A DNA stretch of 64,000 nt. It comes from Camelus dromedarius (Eukaryota). The stretch's first letter is position 1, and each line of letters begins with the position of its first letter. A program made the translations under genes and the position numbers. Positions 1 to 13,430 of the stretch are shown piece after piece. The stretch is taken from NCBI RefSeq assembly GCF_036321535.1, contig NC_087436.1:55616001-55680000 (forward strand), read 5' to 3'. Under the pieces are notes generated by a model. That model saw only the letters and a program-made list of their open reading frames with translations. It did no database searches and was not told the origin of the DNA.

Positions 1-634
1 GAAAGAACGATCTTTATCTTTTCCTTGAAGTGACAATACACAAATCAATTGTTTGGTTTTTTTTTTCCCTCTGCTTCAATAGTATTGTGTCTTGGCATTT
101 AACTTCTACTTAAATTGGAGTTGTATTCCTCTTTCTCTCATAAATGTAGTATGTTATTACTTGTAACTCTGGTTTTATTCCAGTATCCTATGGCTCTGCA
201 CTCTTTATTTCTCTGTATTCTTTATTGAAAAGGGTTTTGGTCTTCTTTTAAATTCAAAATTACTTGATGTAAGTGGATTAAAACATCTGAATACACTTAT
301 GTCTTCTAGTATACTCATGCCTGATTATGTTTATATTAAAATTCATATTAATTTATTATAGATTACTTCCCTTTTATTTTATATTTCGATTTCATTTTGG
401 GCATTGTAATTTTTTTCTTTGTTTAGATGTGAATTATATTATTATGCAGTATTTCATTTCAACTTAGTAAATGGGTCATTAGAAGTTGCTTCAAAAATTT
501 GTGGGGAGACACTGAGTCTAACAGAGTTAACAATTACAACTTAATTTATTAAAAGCTAAAGCTTTTTCAAATTAGTATATGAAATATAAGATTATTTTGT
601 ATGCATGGAAAGAAGTCTTCTTCAGTAATAATAA

Positions 635-682
635 CCAATGTTTATCTCATTTGTACTATGTGCCAAGCACTATTGTTAGCAC

Positions 683-725
<43 letters not shown>

Positions 726-860
726 GTATATATATATACACACACACACACATTTGTTGAATCCACAATTTTATGAGCTAGCTGTTCTAATTATCTCCAT
801 TTTATAGATATGAAACTGAGGCATAGAGAAAGTCATAGAACTCAAAAGTGCTGAATTAAA
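635..860 (-). mobile_element. MIR SINE fragment with an internal (TA)/(CA) microsatellite
   Basis: tactatgtgccaagcact and ccattttatagatatgaaactgaggcatagag are the reverse complement of the MIR 3' end and core. Confidence 0.8.
683..752. repeat. Compound (TA)n(CA)n(TA)n(CA)n microsatellite
   Basis: Directly visible; it causes the HTHT ORFs at 579-807. Confidence 0.95.
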
Positions 861-899
861 ATACATATCTGGAGATAAAAGAAAATAAAATTTTATGGG

Positions 900-1500
900 C
901 AGTTCAGTGTTGGTCATGGTAGGCAAGTCCTCTGACTGAGAACAACTAGAAAAGCTTGATAAATTTAGACACAAAAGGCAGCAGAAGCTGTGGAAACAAG
1001 GACTGGAGGGGTTAAAATTTCAGAAAGGTGAGTTGACGCTCCTCCGCTTTCTCAGGGGACAAGTTCCAATTCTAGCTCAGGCTAGAGGTTGATAATCTGC
1101 GCTCCGGGCAGACTAAGAGGGACCCAGAAGTGGGCAGAGCTTTTGGCAGCATCCCTAGAGCTAGAACTAGAAAGATGAGGGTACACAGATGCAGGCTGGA
1201 TCTCCCCTCAAGACTTCTGAAAAATAATGACAGTGCACACAGAGGAGACTACAGAGCTAAGCCAAAACCTCAGAAAAGCAGAAGGACTTTCCCGAAGCAC
1301 TTAGGAAACACAGGTCTGCCAGGGCAGACACAATGCCGGGTGGACAGAGAGCCCCCAGGAAGTGTGAAATGCTGCCGAAGGTCTGCCATGGCTTTTCACC
1401 TGGGCACACCTGCCCATCGGGCCCCAGCCAGGAACTGTGAATGGAGACTTGACTCCTGGTGGAGAGCCACTGCTGGGGCACAGGGACATTTTGTAGTAAA
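900..1500 (+). mobile_element. Possible ancient L1 (L1M) 5'-region remnant
   Basis: GA-rich and more GC-rich than the flanks; agaacaactagaaaagcttga recalls old L1 5' ends. Weak assignment. Confidence 0.3.
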
Positions 1501-1689
1501 AACTTACAGTAAACAAGTCTGTGCCTTTCTGGTCCTGTTGAATTATTGCCCTCTGCCAAAGCTTTCTATTTTGTGTTGCTCCTTCTCCTTTTCATTCTCC
1601 ATCCTTTCCTTCTCTCACACATGCTGTATAGTCAAAAATAGGATTTTGTTATTTTTGGATTAAAAAAATAGCTCAGATTCGTTGATTTT

Positions 1690-1912
1690 TTCCTATGCCC
1701 TGACAATACTCTAAGCACGTTAAATATAAAAACTAAATTAACCTCAAAACAACACTACAAGATAGGTGCTGTTATTGCTCACTTTACATATATGTGGAGA
1801 CTGAGGCACAGAGAGTTGAAATAACTTGCCTAAAGTCAAAAGCTAAAAAAGGAGCAAAACTGACATTCAAGTCACGAGATCTGGCTCCATGGTTCGTGCC
1901 CATAACTAACTA
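1690..1912 (-). mobile_element. MIR SINE
   Basis: gactgaggcacagagagttgaaataacttgcctaaagtca is the MIR core in reverse orientation. Confidence 0.85.
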
Positions 1913-2189
1913 GTAAACATGACATTAAAATTCCACAGAAGTCTGAACAGAGATGAGAGGAAAGGGATAATTTTAATATGTAGAATAAACAAGGAAATAA
2001 ATACATAGAGTTATGACCACACTGATGACAAAATCAGGACATTAACTCCACACAATTAAAATAAACATCTTCACTCCACGTGCTATAGATTTAGTCTACT
2101 GAACGTCAATTCATCAGTGACTTTTAAGTCAGACTTTTTGCTGGACAATCAGTCAATATTCTTTTTAGTCCAACAGAGTCTTTTTTTTA

Positions 2190-2410
2190 AAGGCATTTGA
2201 ATCAGACATACTACATTTGAAATTCTTATTTAACTATTTATTTACATGATATTTGACAACTTAGTCTCCCTGAGCTTTGCTTTTCTTACCTGTAAAATGA
2301 GAAAATAACAATCTTTCCTAAATAGATTTGTTGTGGGAATTTGATGAAGTAATACAAAAGGCCTGTTTAGCCCAGTGCCTTTCGTAAGTATGCAAAACAG
2401 AGCAGCTATT
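2190..2410 (+). mobile_element. MIR SINE
   Basis: ctgagctttgcttttcttacctgtaaaatgagaaaataac...ttgttgtgggaatttgatga...cagtgcc matches the MIR core and 3' part. Confidence 0.75.
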
Positions 2411-3814
2411 TTATTCTAAGTGTGTATACAGGGTACATAGAAAAGAAAACAACGACTTATTAAAGAAAGAAATGCCAATAAGTCAGTAAAATATACATTT
2501 AAATTCCATGTGTTTTAGCCTGCTTTTCCTCTGGAGAGAGAAAGATCTCTGAGTTTTAGTTACAGTAAGTCTTGTGTGAACAGTAATGTTTAGAACTATG
2601 ATGTTCTTATATCATGACAATCACACTTTCCAAGAATGTGTGTGGGTCCTTTTATGTTGGGTAAATGAGCTGCAGCTAACAAATTAGTGAGTTTGGAAGA
2701 CGCAAAAGTGCTAGATGTAAATATGGCTGTAAAAGCATAGTTTCTTAAATAACAAATTTAGAACTCTCTCCTAAATACTCTTGCTTTAACATGATTGCCT
2801 CTCTTTTACCTCTTTATTTTTCTGAAGAAACTGAAAAAATGCAATACAGAATGTTACATGAGTATTTTGAGAGAATGTCAATGACCACAAAATTCTTTCC
2901 ATGCTTAATGTATTTTAGTTATTTTTCATATTTTTATTATATTTGTTGTTTCAGATGTAGAGTCCAGTGTATAGAGGACTTGCTGTAGGTCAAACTCAGT
3001 GCTAGGAACACAGAAGAAGCAAGTTTGAATTAGCCATAACCTCAGTCTTCAAGAAGCTGTTATTCTAACAATGAAGACCGGCACACATATGAAATGATTA
3101 CAGAACCGGCTGGGAGGGTGACCTCAATGGAGTTGTCTAGTGGGAGGGGTCTTGGGCATTCCAAAGAAAAGGCTCCAAAGTCATGGGGAGGGATCAGAAA
3201 AGGCAAGTTAGCACACATGAAGACCAACCTGCATCTTAACCGCTCCCGTCAGAAAATACTCAGAAGCCTGAAACCTCAGTCCCTCTACATGCAGTATGAC
3301 TACTATGAGGAGTAGTTCTTTAGGACTGAATGCAGCTGTTCGGGCTCAGAAGAGTAAGGTAAAGAACTGTTTGAGGTATTTAGTCCTTGGTTCTCAAAGG
3401 GAGAAATGAAGCTCTCCAGGAAGTTATTAATGAGCTTTGTTTACTTGTCTGAAGCGTTCTCTTTATTGTGTTTGACATAATAAATACATCTGGTCACAAT
3501 CCTAGGATCCTTGATGTGTACAATAAAATAGTTCCTGCTTGGGCATATTTTGTATATTATGGACAGTTCCTGCTCCCAGGCTGCTTATATTTGAATTCAG
3601 TACTTATTTGAATATAGTAAACAGGATACAAAAATTTATTCTATTTCAATGTCTTATTACATTTAATGACTGGGTATGTGGGAGCAATTTCTCACATGAT
3701 AGATTTCAGCACATGAAATATTAAAATGTCCATAATCCAACTAAAAGTATAAACAAGATAAAACTTAAAATGGCAGATGTCCACTCTCCAGTCCTCCATG
3801 CTATCAGCTGAGCT

Positions 3815-4155
3815 ATGGAATAGGAGGGGAGAGGAGCAGAGAAGGGACGACTAAGGGGAGCACAGGGAATTTTAAGGGCAGTGAAACTATTCTAAATGAT
3901 ACTATAATAGTGGATACATGGCATTATGCAGTTAATAAAACTCACAGAATTGTAATGTAAACTCTGAACTTTAATTAGTAATACTATTTTGATATTGGTT
4001 CATCAATTGTAACAAATGTACCCACTAAGGCAAGATATTAATAACGGGAACTGAGGGTTGGGATGTCAGTGGGTGTCAATGAATTCTCTGAACTTTCTCT
4101 GCTCACTTCTTCTGTAAACCTAAGATTACTCTTAAAAAAGTGAAGTCTATTTAAA
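3815..4155 (+). mobile_element. L1MC-type LINE 3' UTR
   Basis: gggcagtgaaactattctaaatgatactataatagtggatacatg...ggttcatcaattgtaacaaatgtac...tctgtaaacctaa are typical L1MC 3'-end motifs. Confidence 0.8.
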
Positions 4156-4514
4156 TGACAGTGAAATGAAAATGACAAACTGGAAAAACATTTTGTAAGA
4201 AATTGATAATGAATAACTAATATATTTAACAAATAGGGATCAAATAAGTCAATGACTAAAATAATTAAAATTTCAAACATAGTAAGGATATAACAGATAA
4301 ATAAATCAATAAAAAGCATAAAAAACTGCTGGCATCATTACTGATCACAGAAATAAAGGGAAATTACACTTTTTTTACTTAGTCAAACATTTTATAAAAT
4401 GCTAACACTCAAGGTAATTCAGAGTACAGAGTAATGGGTATTTTCAAATCTTAAGGAAAGTATAAATAGAGTTTTAAAAAGTTTAGAAAGTGATTTGGTA
4501 ATATATATCAAGTG

Positions 4515-4960
4515 CATTTCACTCATTCATCTATACATCACCCACCATCATTCATTCACCCACCAAATGGTCTTAAAGACTCAATGAGTTTATAGGCTTG
4601 GAAATGCAGTAGTGAGTATGGCAAACATTTTCTCCTGACATCATGAAGCTTAAGTTTTGTGGAGAAAACAGACGTTTAAGAAAATTGAATAACTAAGTGT
4701 TCTTGTTATCATTGCTATGAAGAAGGGCTTAAATTTGTCTGGATTTTCAGAATTTAAACTGAGACTAGAAAGATAAGCAGGAGTTAACTAGATGAAGACA
4801 AGGTGACTCATTCCATCAAAAGTAAGAGCATAGTTGAAATGCTGTAGCGTGGAAAAGCCTGGTGAGCTCAGGGAATGAAAAAGGCCAGTAAAATTGAAGC
4901 AAAGGAAGCTGCAATGAGTCACTGGGCACAGTGGAAACCTTTGAAGGGTCAGGGACTGAT
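4515..4960 (-). mobile_element. L2 LINE 3' fragment
   Basis: cattcattc repeats followed by the purine-rich reverse L2 body (atcatgaagcttaag...ggagaaaacagac). Confidence 0.65.
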
Positions 4961-7900
4961 GTCCAACAGGGAACGTGGAGACCTGAAGGCTCATAGCAAC
5001 TGGACCCAAGATAGTTGAGAGGGGTAACTGATAGGTTTGGTGACTCTTAGGGGAAGTGATTAATGTAATAAGGGAACCATAATGGACATAGAAATACAAG
5101 GTATATTTTCCAACCTGATCGTTATTGAGAAGTTCAGTATGTCTTAGTTGAAATCCTCTGAGCAACTATATGCTTATGGCAGAGAAGATATTAGGTGATC
5201 CTACAAAAGGAGACTGGCCAGAGCCCCACAGAAAGTGTATCTGAGACACTGGGGTGAAAGTATGTGAGGGGAGACTATGAAATATAATGTTTATTATGGG
5301 CTGTTTGTAAAATGTTATTAAAGGGGAAAGTTGGTAGGTAGGTGGGACCTGGAGACCTCTAAGAAGTGATGTCAGGGTCTGGAATGAATGGGGCTGCATC
5401 CCTGAACACATCCTGCTGGAAGATTTTTTTCTTTATCCTTTGGGAATCTGTATTTTGGTTTTTTAAATGATTTAGCAGAAAAACTTTATTGTAGAAGATG
5501 CTTGATACCTGCAATTAATAAACTAAGATTTAATTGGGTCAAGGGCTTCTAAATATGGGACATAAGAGAGGGTGGCAAGATGGTTGTATGTGCCAACTGT
5601 TCTATTTTAGAGCTTGGCTATTATACTTTCCCCCTAATATTTTATTTTGCAAATGAAATATTCTGAACTACTTTGCTTATCCTTGTCCAGATGGCCTTTT
5701 ACGTGGCATCTATCAGCTACAAGCAATGCCTGATTCACAAATGGTATATTTTTGCTCTATCATGTTGGCATTTGTAGATAAGCCTAGATCTCAATTATCA
5801 TTTATAACATTCCTCACTATCTTCTACCACCACCCATATTAAAAAGGTTTGGAGGTTCCAGTGCCCAGGTTCTAGACAAAGAAAGAAAAAAAAGGAAAAA
5901 TATGAATAAGAATAAGCCACAGTCGTACAGAAAACTACACTTAAAGGTCAGATATTAATAAAATGTAAAGAAATAAAGTTTTAAAATAGAACAATTAACA
6001 CTGTTCAGTCCACCATCATGTACCATGTGCAATTTCAAAAATATACCTGCATGGCTGTCACCAAAGTCTACCATCTTCTCTTTAGGAGTTTGCTCTCAAA
6101 TCCTCACAAGAAGAGTGGTGCATATATTTTGGATTGCATATCAGTTTGCAGTAGAAGTAAGTCCTGAGAGTATGTCTCTCTTCAGTGTCAGAATTGGACA
6201 TTTGGATGTTTTCTTATGGTGGTTGCCCAGTATGCTTGGTTTTTAATTGTTACTTTTTTTCATGTCAGCATCTATATGTGTGTGTCTGAGACACACACAC
6301 ATACATGTATATTTATACTTTTAAAATCTTTGTCAATGTATACATGTGTGTATGTATGTGTATATATACACTTTTTATACCTCTTTTTTTATTTGTCAGT
6401 GTGGGTTTCTTTTACTTAATTGTACATAGAAAGAAATCTAGAACTGTGGGAGTTTAATGCCTAAGGGAAATGCAGTATTTATCTGTTAGGCAACTTCAAT
6501 GTCAAATGTCACAGAACAATTGACTCCCTCCTTCCAACCTTGATTGTTTCTAGGTGTAGCAGTGGGCCACCCAGTCTTGCCCAGAGGAATTTCAAGATGG
6601 CAATTAATTCTTTCAAGTAAAGTCAACCCCCAGACCCTCCAGAATTAAAATCACAAATACATCTTAAATTTCCAGACCCAGTCCCTATTGTTTGCTTAAA
6701 GGACACAGCTGAATTCTCCTAATCCATTGTATTCAGGATTCCAGTTTGCATTCAGACTGAGAAAACCGGAGATAGGAAGGGGTGCTAATACATTCATTTA
6801 AATCATAGCCCTAAAATTAACATTTTCAACAGAGTATTCAGGCATTGCTTTAAGAAATTATTGAAAAGGCAAAACACCAGGGGTTTTAAGGTTAATAGTA
6901 CCATCTAAATAGGAGTTGGTACTGAATATGAGAGCTTTTACTTGAAAGGAATTGATGGCTCAGTAATGTGATCTGCATGCAGTCTAAGTGACAACTTAAA
7001 CAAAGAAAGCTGCTATGCTTAATTTGAACGGATTCCATGAATGTGTTGTGGTATTATGAACTTGTTTATAGTAATAACACTAATGCACCTGCTCCATCTT
7101 TGTGCAGTTACCTAGACTACATTATTTGACACCACCATTCTGCATTAACCTCCATCTGCTGGGCTATGTCTGTCATTTCTTTCACTATAACATAATGTGA
7201 CAGAGGCTTCATTTACCTAAACTTATCTTGGCAACTTGTACTTCATTAAAGAGAATCCTGAAAGCATCAGTTAAAGCCTTCTTAGCTGGCCATGCATAGC
7301 CAGGCTTCATAAATCATTCTTTCACTTTCCATTTTGCAGCTTCTGGAAAGGTAACATTATTGAATTCAGATCACTGGAAAAGAGCAGTACTAAAATGTTT
7401 ATTGACCAGCTTTTAGGCGCTGAGCTCTGCTTTAAACGCAAACATTAACCAAAGCTTTTGAATTTAAAACTTAAGTCGCTGATATGGTTTATATTGTGCT
7501 ATAAATACCTCTTATAATAGTCACCTTAGCAAGTTGGTATTAACCTGGTGAAGAAAAAAATATTTTTTTGGTTCCCTATTCCTCACTGTCTGTCTAAACT
7601 TCTTAACTTTATTTGTGTTCATTTAAGGAGATAATTATGTTATCATGCGTCTATCACCCCCAACTCTAAACAATATATTGGCTGGATAATAAAAACCACA
7701 AAGTCTCCTTTGTGTTCCTTTCTTGGTATACTTTGCACTCTACAGAAGTTTGTGCATCAGGCTTGTTCAACTGAGAATCAACAGCTGGAACTTCCTTGGT
7801 AACACATTCTGGGCCAAATTGGCCTTTTGCTAAAAGGCACCAAGGACAAATCTCTTATCTAATAGGCTTGCGTGCATATTTGTGGAAGCATTATCATATT

Positions 7901-8359
7901 TATGCTTGCAAATTTATGGTCTTTCTTTGAGAGCATTGAAGATCTGCATCATAGAATAAGGAAAGGAACTTGAAAGCCAGAAATTGTGTGAGGTTTGTTC
8001 TTGTAGGGGGGAAATAATTATTTTAATGTATTTAATACATTACTCTGGCCAAACAAGAAGTACTTTATTACACCCTTCACCTCTTGCCCTGGAGCTCTTG
8101 AAATCAAGTATTTTAGATGAGTACACGGCAAGTAATTATGGTTTATTTACTTTGGGTCACTTAGGTGAAACTCTATTTTCTGCTGTATGTGTCATCTGCA
8201 ATTTATCTGTATTTTTTATTGACAAAATGAATGGAAATAAGATTTTTACTTTGTTTATTTTTAAGCAAACATTAATAATATGATCTTAAAGGAAATCCCT
8301 GAAATGATAAATTGGAGTCACATAACATTGCTACCTAATAATGTAATTTTAAAACCAAA

Positions 8360-8525
8360 GGACTTTAGAGCTGGAAGTAAACTTACAGAAGACTTGGCTT
8401 TAACTAACTTTGCCTACCTAGTAGGAGACAGACTCCTAGTTTTAAATGATTTGTCCAAGCTCATAGAGCAAGAGCATGGCAAAGATGGAACTCATAAGAT
8501 TCTGACCACAGTTACAGTTTCTAAT
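8360..8525 (-). mobile_element. Degraded MIR fragment
   Basis: tttagagctggaag...aaatgatttgtccaagctcatagagcaag. Confidence 0.55.
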
Positions 8526-10939
8526 CCAGCTTATTTTTAGATGTTAACATATATATCCATATAGAGAATAATTTTCCTGTCTTAAAATGAGCCTTTGATA
8601 AGCAGTATTAACTGTATACCTATATATTTATAATAGAAAGTTTATTTCCTACTGGTGGATTCTCAAAGATCACACCAAAAGGAAGTCAGAATTATATTTA
8701 GAAAATTCCTCATTCTTTCCTGTGCTCTATCTGGCATTTTATTTTTATCATAATGCAGAAAGTGTGAATTCTAATATTGCTTGACACAGTAGAAACAGAA
8801 AAAATTACAAAATATCGCATCTCTCAGTTGATTTCTACATATGCTTTCTATGGTCTGGGAAAACAAAGCACTTGGATCCATCAGACAACAGTAAATGTAG
8901 AAATAACAATGGAAGTAACCTAGCCCAATATCCTCAACTTACAGAAGAGAAAATAGAAGTTCAATTAAGTGATCTGCACAATTATAGTGTTCTTTCCACT
9001 ATAACATACTATCCCGTTAATCCACATAAAGGAGAGATACTCATTACTCTTTTATTAACCCACCAACTATGAGCAACAATTGTGAAGGGCACTGAGGAGT
9101 TCCTCAAAAAACTTAAAATCCAGTTGGGAATATGAGCATTTTAATAACAAACAATAATTTGACAATTTTCCAACAGATACAAACTGCAAAGAGCATGCAA
9201 TAGGACCAATGAATTATTCAAAGGATTAAAAGAAAAAGTAAAGAAACGGAAAAGAAAACTGTGGGTTTTATCAGGCAGAGAAGTGGGGAAAGGCTTTCCA
9301 GATAAGAAAATACAGCAGCAAAGGCGTGCCATGGGAAACTGTGACAGTGTTATCAAATAATTAATGATCCCAAAAGGTACTTTAGACTGCTGGGTCATTG
9401 TCTTTAAAGGGTCTAATACCCAACACTGAATACATAAAACCACTATTTGTTCAGTTTCAACTTCCTATGCTGCCATTCATATTTTAAATAGTAATTGTTT
9501 TAATGTGGTGGATTGGGGAAGGAATGGGGGGGTCAGTGATACCTGGGATCAAATCCTTGCTCCAGTTAATACTGTTTGGCAGTTTCATTTGTAGCTCCTC
9601 ATGTCTCTTAGATTTAAAGTTGAACTAAATAGTACTTAATCCTTAGGGTTACTTGTGCCTAGTTTTTGGTACAGTGCCTACCTAAGTGTAGGGTCTCAAA
9701 ACCTGTTATTTGCAAGCATTTGCTTTAATGTGATAGGCTATTTTGATATTTTAATATACAATTAGTGATATGCTATAGTATAGCCACTTAGTAGAATATC
9801 CATCTACTCCTAAATCAGTTTGCAAGGATATAGAATGAAAATAACGTCCAGATGAATGAGAGAATCTGTCCCTGTGTACCCTGCAGAATGACTATCACAC
9901 AAATGCTTAATATTAGCAAACACTTTGAATACCTCAGACAAAATCTCAATGTAATTTCTAAGTAGAATTTTATTTCACCTAATTATACAACCAAAACATC
10001 ATTGCTACTGTTTCTAATTATAGTTGTCTGGAGCTATGTTACTAAAATTATAAAATGAACTCTTTCCCGTAGTCATTTTAGCCTAAAGCAGATATGCATA
10101 AGGTGAGTTTCCCTGAATAGAGCTATGTGCAATATCTAAAATTAATATGGACCCAAGGTGCAGACCAATTCACAGAGAAATACTCTTACATTTCCTTACA
10201 AGCATTCCTGAATTCTTAACAGTAACCTCAATATATATTTTAGTATACTCAGTGAAAATCAAAGCCCTGTCCATTCTGAGGCAAAGTCTGTTGTAATCAA
10301 AAGATAGCAAATACTAGAGAATGTTCATTTTCTTATCACATTTTCTACAGGAATATGGTCTTCACACTGCCTTTGAGACCAGAAAAAATTTACCATATGG
10401 AATTACTCAAATAAAATTTATTATATACAATGTTCTCATATTCTCTTGCTCATTCAATAGAAATGAACAGATCTTCATTCCTGCTTTGCTAAGATTACAA
10501 CAGTCTGGAAAACTAACAAAATGGTCTTCCCATTCATCCAGTTTCTAAACATTTGCATAAAGGGAACATGTATTAATTTATCCATTAAATTAATATTCTC
10601 TTCCTGAGTCAAAGGTCTATTGTAGCAGACAATAGATTTTGCTTAAAATAAAAACAGAATTATTTCAATAAATAAAAGAAAGGGTTTTTTCCCCCACATA
10701 CTCAGGTTTTCAGGAAGGCTGGTAGTATAGAGAGAAAAAAGGGAATTAAAATCAATATGCTGATAATTCACCTTTTGCTAACTCACTTTGACTTCTTCAA
10801 CACAGGGTGTTAAGAGGGTTTGTCAATTTTTCTAGTGTAAATGGCCAATGGCCTCTCTTGTCCCGATTAAAGGACCTGCTTTCTATGAAGTCAGAAGGAT
10901 GTGGCAATTAGGCATTTTGCTTAGAGACTTGGAGTCGAT

Positions 10940-11610
10940 CCAGTCTGCAAATAATTACCAAAAATCTGTTGAGTTTTTCTTCCTGGGACACATTTAGGGA
11001 AGTTTCCCAACTCCCCTTGCAGTGAGGTGTGGCTGGGTGACTGCATTTGGGCTAACAGAATATAAACAGAAAAGATGTCACTACTTCCAGCCCTGGGCCA
11101 CAGAATCTTTCTATGTGTGGTCTTCATTCTTTCTCCCAATCCAACACTTGGATAAAGACTCTGGAGTAGGATGGAGCCAAAAAATGCAAGAGGCCTGGGT
11201 CTACAAATGATTGTGTGGAACAGTTCACTTGCTAACACACAGACCCACATAGATGCACAAACACACACCAGTGCTGCCAACCCAACAACCCAAGTAGTTT
11301 CTGTTTCTGTTTATGTCACTGAAATACTTAGGTTGTTTCTGTAGAAGACCTTACTGCTGTTCACAGATATTTCTATTCTTCTTTTTCTGGGTGCATGGGA
11401 AAAATGTCCTTTCCCTCTTCCTTGAAGTTAGTTGTGGCCACATGAATTTCTTTGGCCAATGACATGGAAATGGAAAAGATGTGGGTCACTTCATGCATAA
11501 TGCATTTAGGGGCTGGTACAAGAGTCTCCAGAGAAATAAATCAATATTTATTTAAGGCTCTGAGATTTGTAGGTTGCATGTTACTTCAAAATAACTAATA
11601 TATCTGATTG
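10940..11610 (+). mobile_element. Two adjacent old MaLR LTR fragments (MLT1I/J-like)
   Basis: ccttgcagtgaggtgtggctgggtgact...cactacttccagccctgg (~11015-11100); ccttgaagttagttgtggccacatga...ttggccaatga (~11420-11462); 3' end aataaa...ctgagatttgtaggttg...gttac. Confidence 0.7.
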
Positions 11611-12224
11611 TTGAAGTTTGTTTTAAGAGGTACAAGGCCCAAACCTAACTCCAGAGATTCTGATTTTTCATCAGATAAATTGCTACATACATCTTGCAAA
11701 AATACCTACTCTGAGAAAGCTACTATTCAGAATCTGAAAGTTAGCAGTGATCTCGTAAGTAAATAGCACTCTTGTTTAGTAATAACTAAAGATCTAATTG
11801 ATAAAAATGTGTAGAAAATGAAGCTCTACTTTGCTTATCGTTTTCTAAATTTCTTTCTCATTACAAACTTGCCTCAAGTCCACAGGAACAAGGAGTAACG
11901 CTTCCGGCATGTTGTGCGGTTGGGTAGTACCACCTTCAAAATAGCCAAAGGGTTCCTTACACACAGATTCCAAGTGATGGCCCTTCACCATGCTGGCTCT
12001 TGCCTTCTCTTCAAGGACCTCCTTTCTCTTTACCAGGTAAGCTCATTCTCAGTCCTGCAGCTGGTTAACCAGACTATGTTCCCCATTCCACTCATACTGC
12101 CCACAGCCCATAATGGAAGCCTCTCCAGACGTACAGGCCCACACTGTTCTCGCCCCAACACAGCTAAGCTCTGCTTCTCTGATGTTTCATGGTCCATCAT
12201 GGCCTGCATCAGACATTTTCAGAA

Positions 12225-12352
12225 GCAGTGTACAGCAGAGTGGTCTAAGAGTAAGCTCTGAAATCAGACATGACATTTCAGTTCTGCCATTGATTAAATA
12301 CATAAACTTGAAAAACTCCTAACTGTTGTAACTAATTTCCTCATTTGTGGAA
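12225..12352 (+). mobile_element. MIR 5' fragment
   Basis: gcagtgtacagcagagtggtctaagagtaagctctgaaatcagac (tRNA-derived head) ... tttcctcatttgt. Confidence 0.65.
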
Positions 12353-13029
12353 CTACAGACTCTTTTTTTCTCACTCACAATAACTGATTTGTTGATGTCT
12401 TCATCATTTAATTATAGCCATAGCAACCAAATTGGTCAACTTTTGCCCAGTTTAACTCTATACTATATACGATATCTAATCCAAGGTCCACATTATCACA
12501 AAATAAATTTTCCTCACTTTAAAATGTCTTGTACTTCCTTACTTTCCCATCCGTCATTTCACGCCTTCAGCACAATGTACCAAATCTTTTCTTTTTGTAA
12601 ACTTGTTTCTGCCTTGGTCTATCCTTATCTTTTCAGAGACACCTCCACCAATACCAGCAATAGTGACAGCCGAACCTGAGTCACTAGCCTGTTTGGAACT
12701 GCCAAAAGGAAGCACAGTATTCTGTATCGCCTTGCTCGTGCACATGCACTTCACCTTGTAACTGTTCTTTGTCTTCTATCTTCATCAGTCCTCTTTGATT
12801 TTTCCGAATGAGCTCTGAGGTTCTGACTTCCCTGGTTATCCTATTTGAGGTGAAGTCTCCTCATCTTCTGTGTACCCACAACACCCTGGGCATCCCTCTG
12901 AGCAGCAAATGCCACAATGACAGCATTTATTTGTGTGCTTATCTCTCATCTCCTCTTCTCTGGAAACCTCCTTTAGAGCTTTAATTTTTTTTTTCAATCT
13001 CTTCACACCTAGAATATCATCTGTTATGC

Positions 13030-13430
13030 ATTGTCTGTGTTTGCCAGGACCGCCTTAGCAAAGTGCTCAGCGGCTTAAACTACAGACATTTATTGTTGCA
13101 GTTCTGGGGGCTGTCATTCAGAAATCAATGTGTTAAAAGAGCTGGTTCTCCTTGAGGGCTGTGAGGGAAGGATCCATTCCAGGCCTCTCTCTTCGGCTTG
13201 AAAATGTTCGTCTTCAGGTTCACATGGCATTCTCCCTAGACGCATGTCTGTCTTCAAATTTCCAGTGTATATAAGGACACCAATCATAGTTGACTAGAAC
13301 TCAGTCTAATACATCATTCTACTAAATCACCTGTTTAAATACCCTATCTCCAAATAAGGTCACATTCTGAGATACTGAGATTTAGGACTTCAAACTATGA
13401 ATTTTTAGAAGAAAAATCAAACTCGTAAGA
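13030..13430 (-). mobile_element. MaLR solo LTR (MLT1B/C-like)
   Basis: ggcttaaactacagacatttatt...cagttctggggg...accctatctccaaataaggtcacattctgagatactgagatttaggacttcaaactatgaatttt. Confidence 0.85.

Noticed and set aside
579..807. ORFs with HTHTHT runs (also 16779-17012 and 48545-48943)
   Set aside because: These are translations of (CA)n/(TG)n microsatellites.
1130..1663. Longest ORF in the track (177 aa)
   Set aside because: It has a GTG start, no recognisable domain and a low-complexity tail, and it lies in probable repeat-derived DNA.
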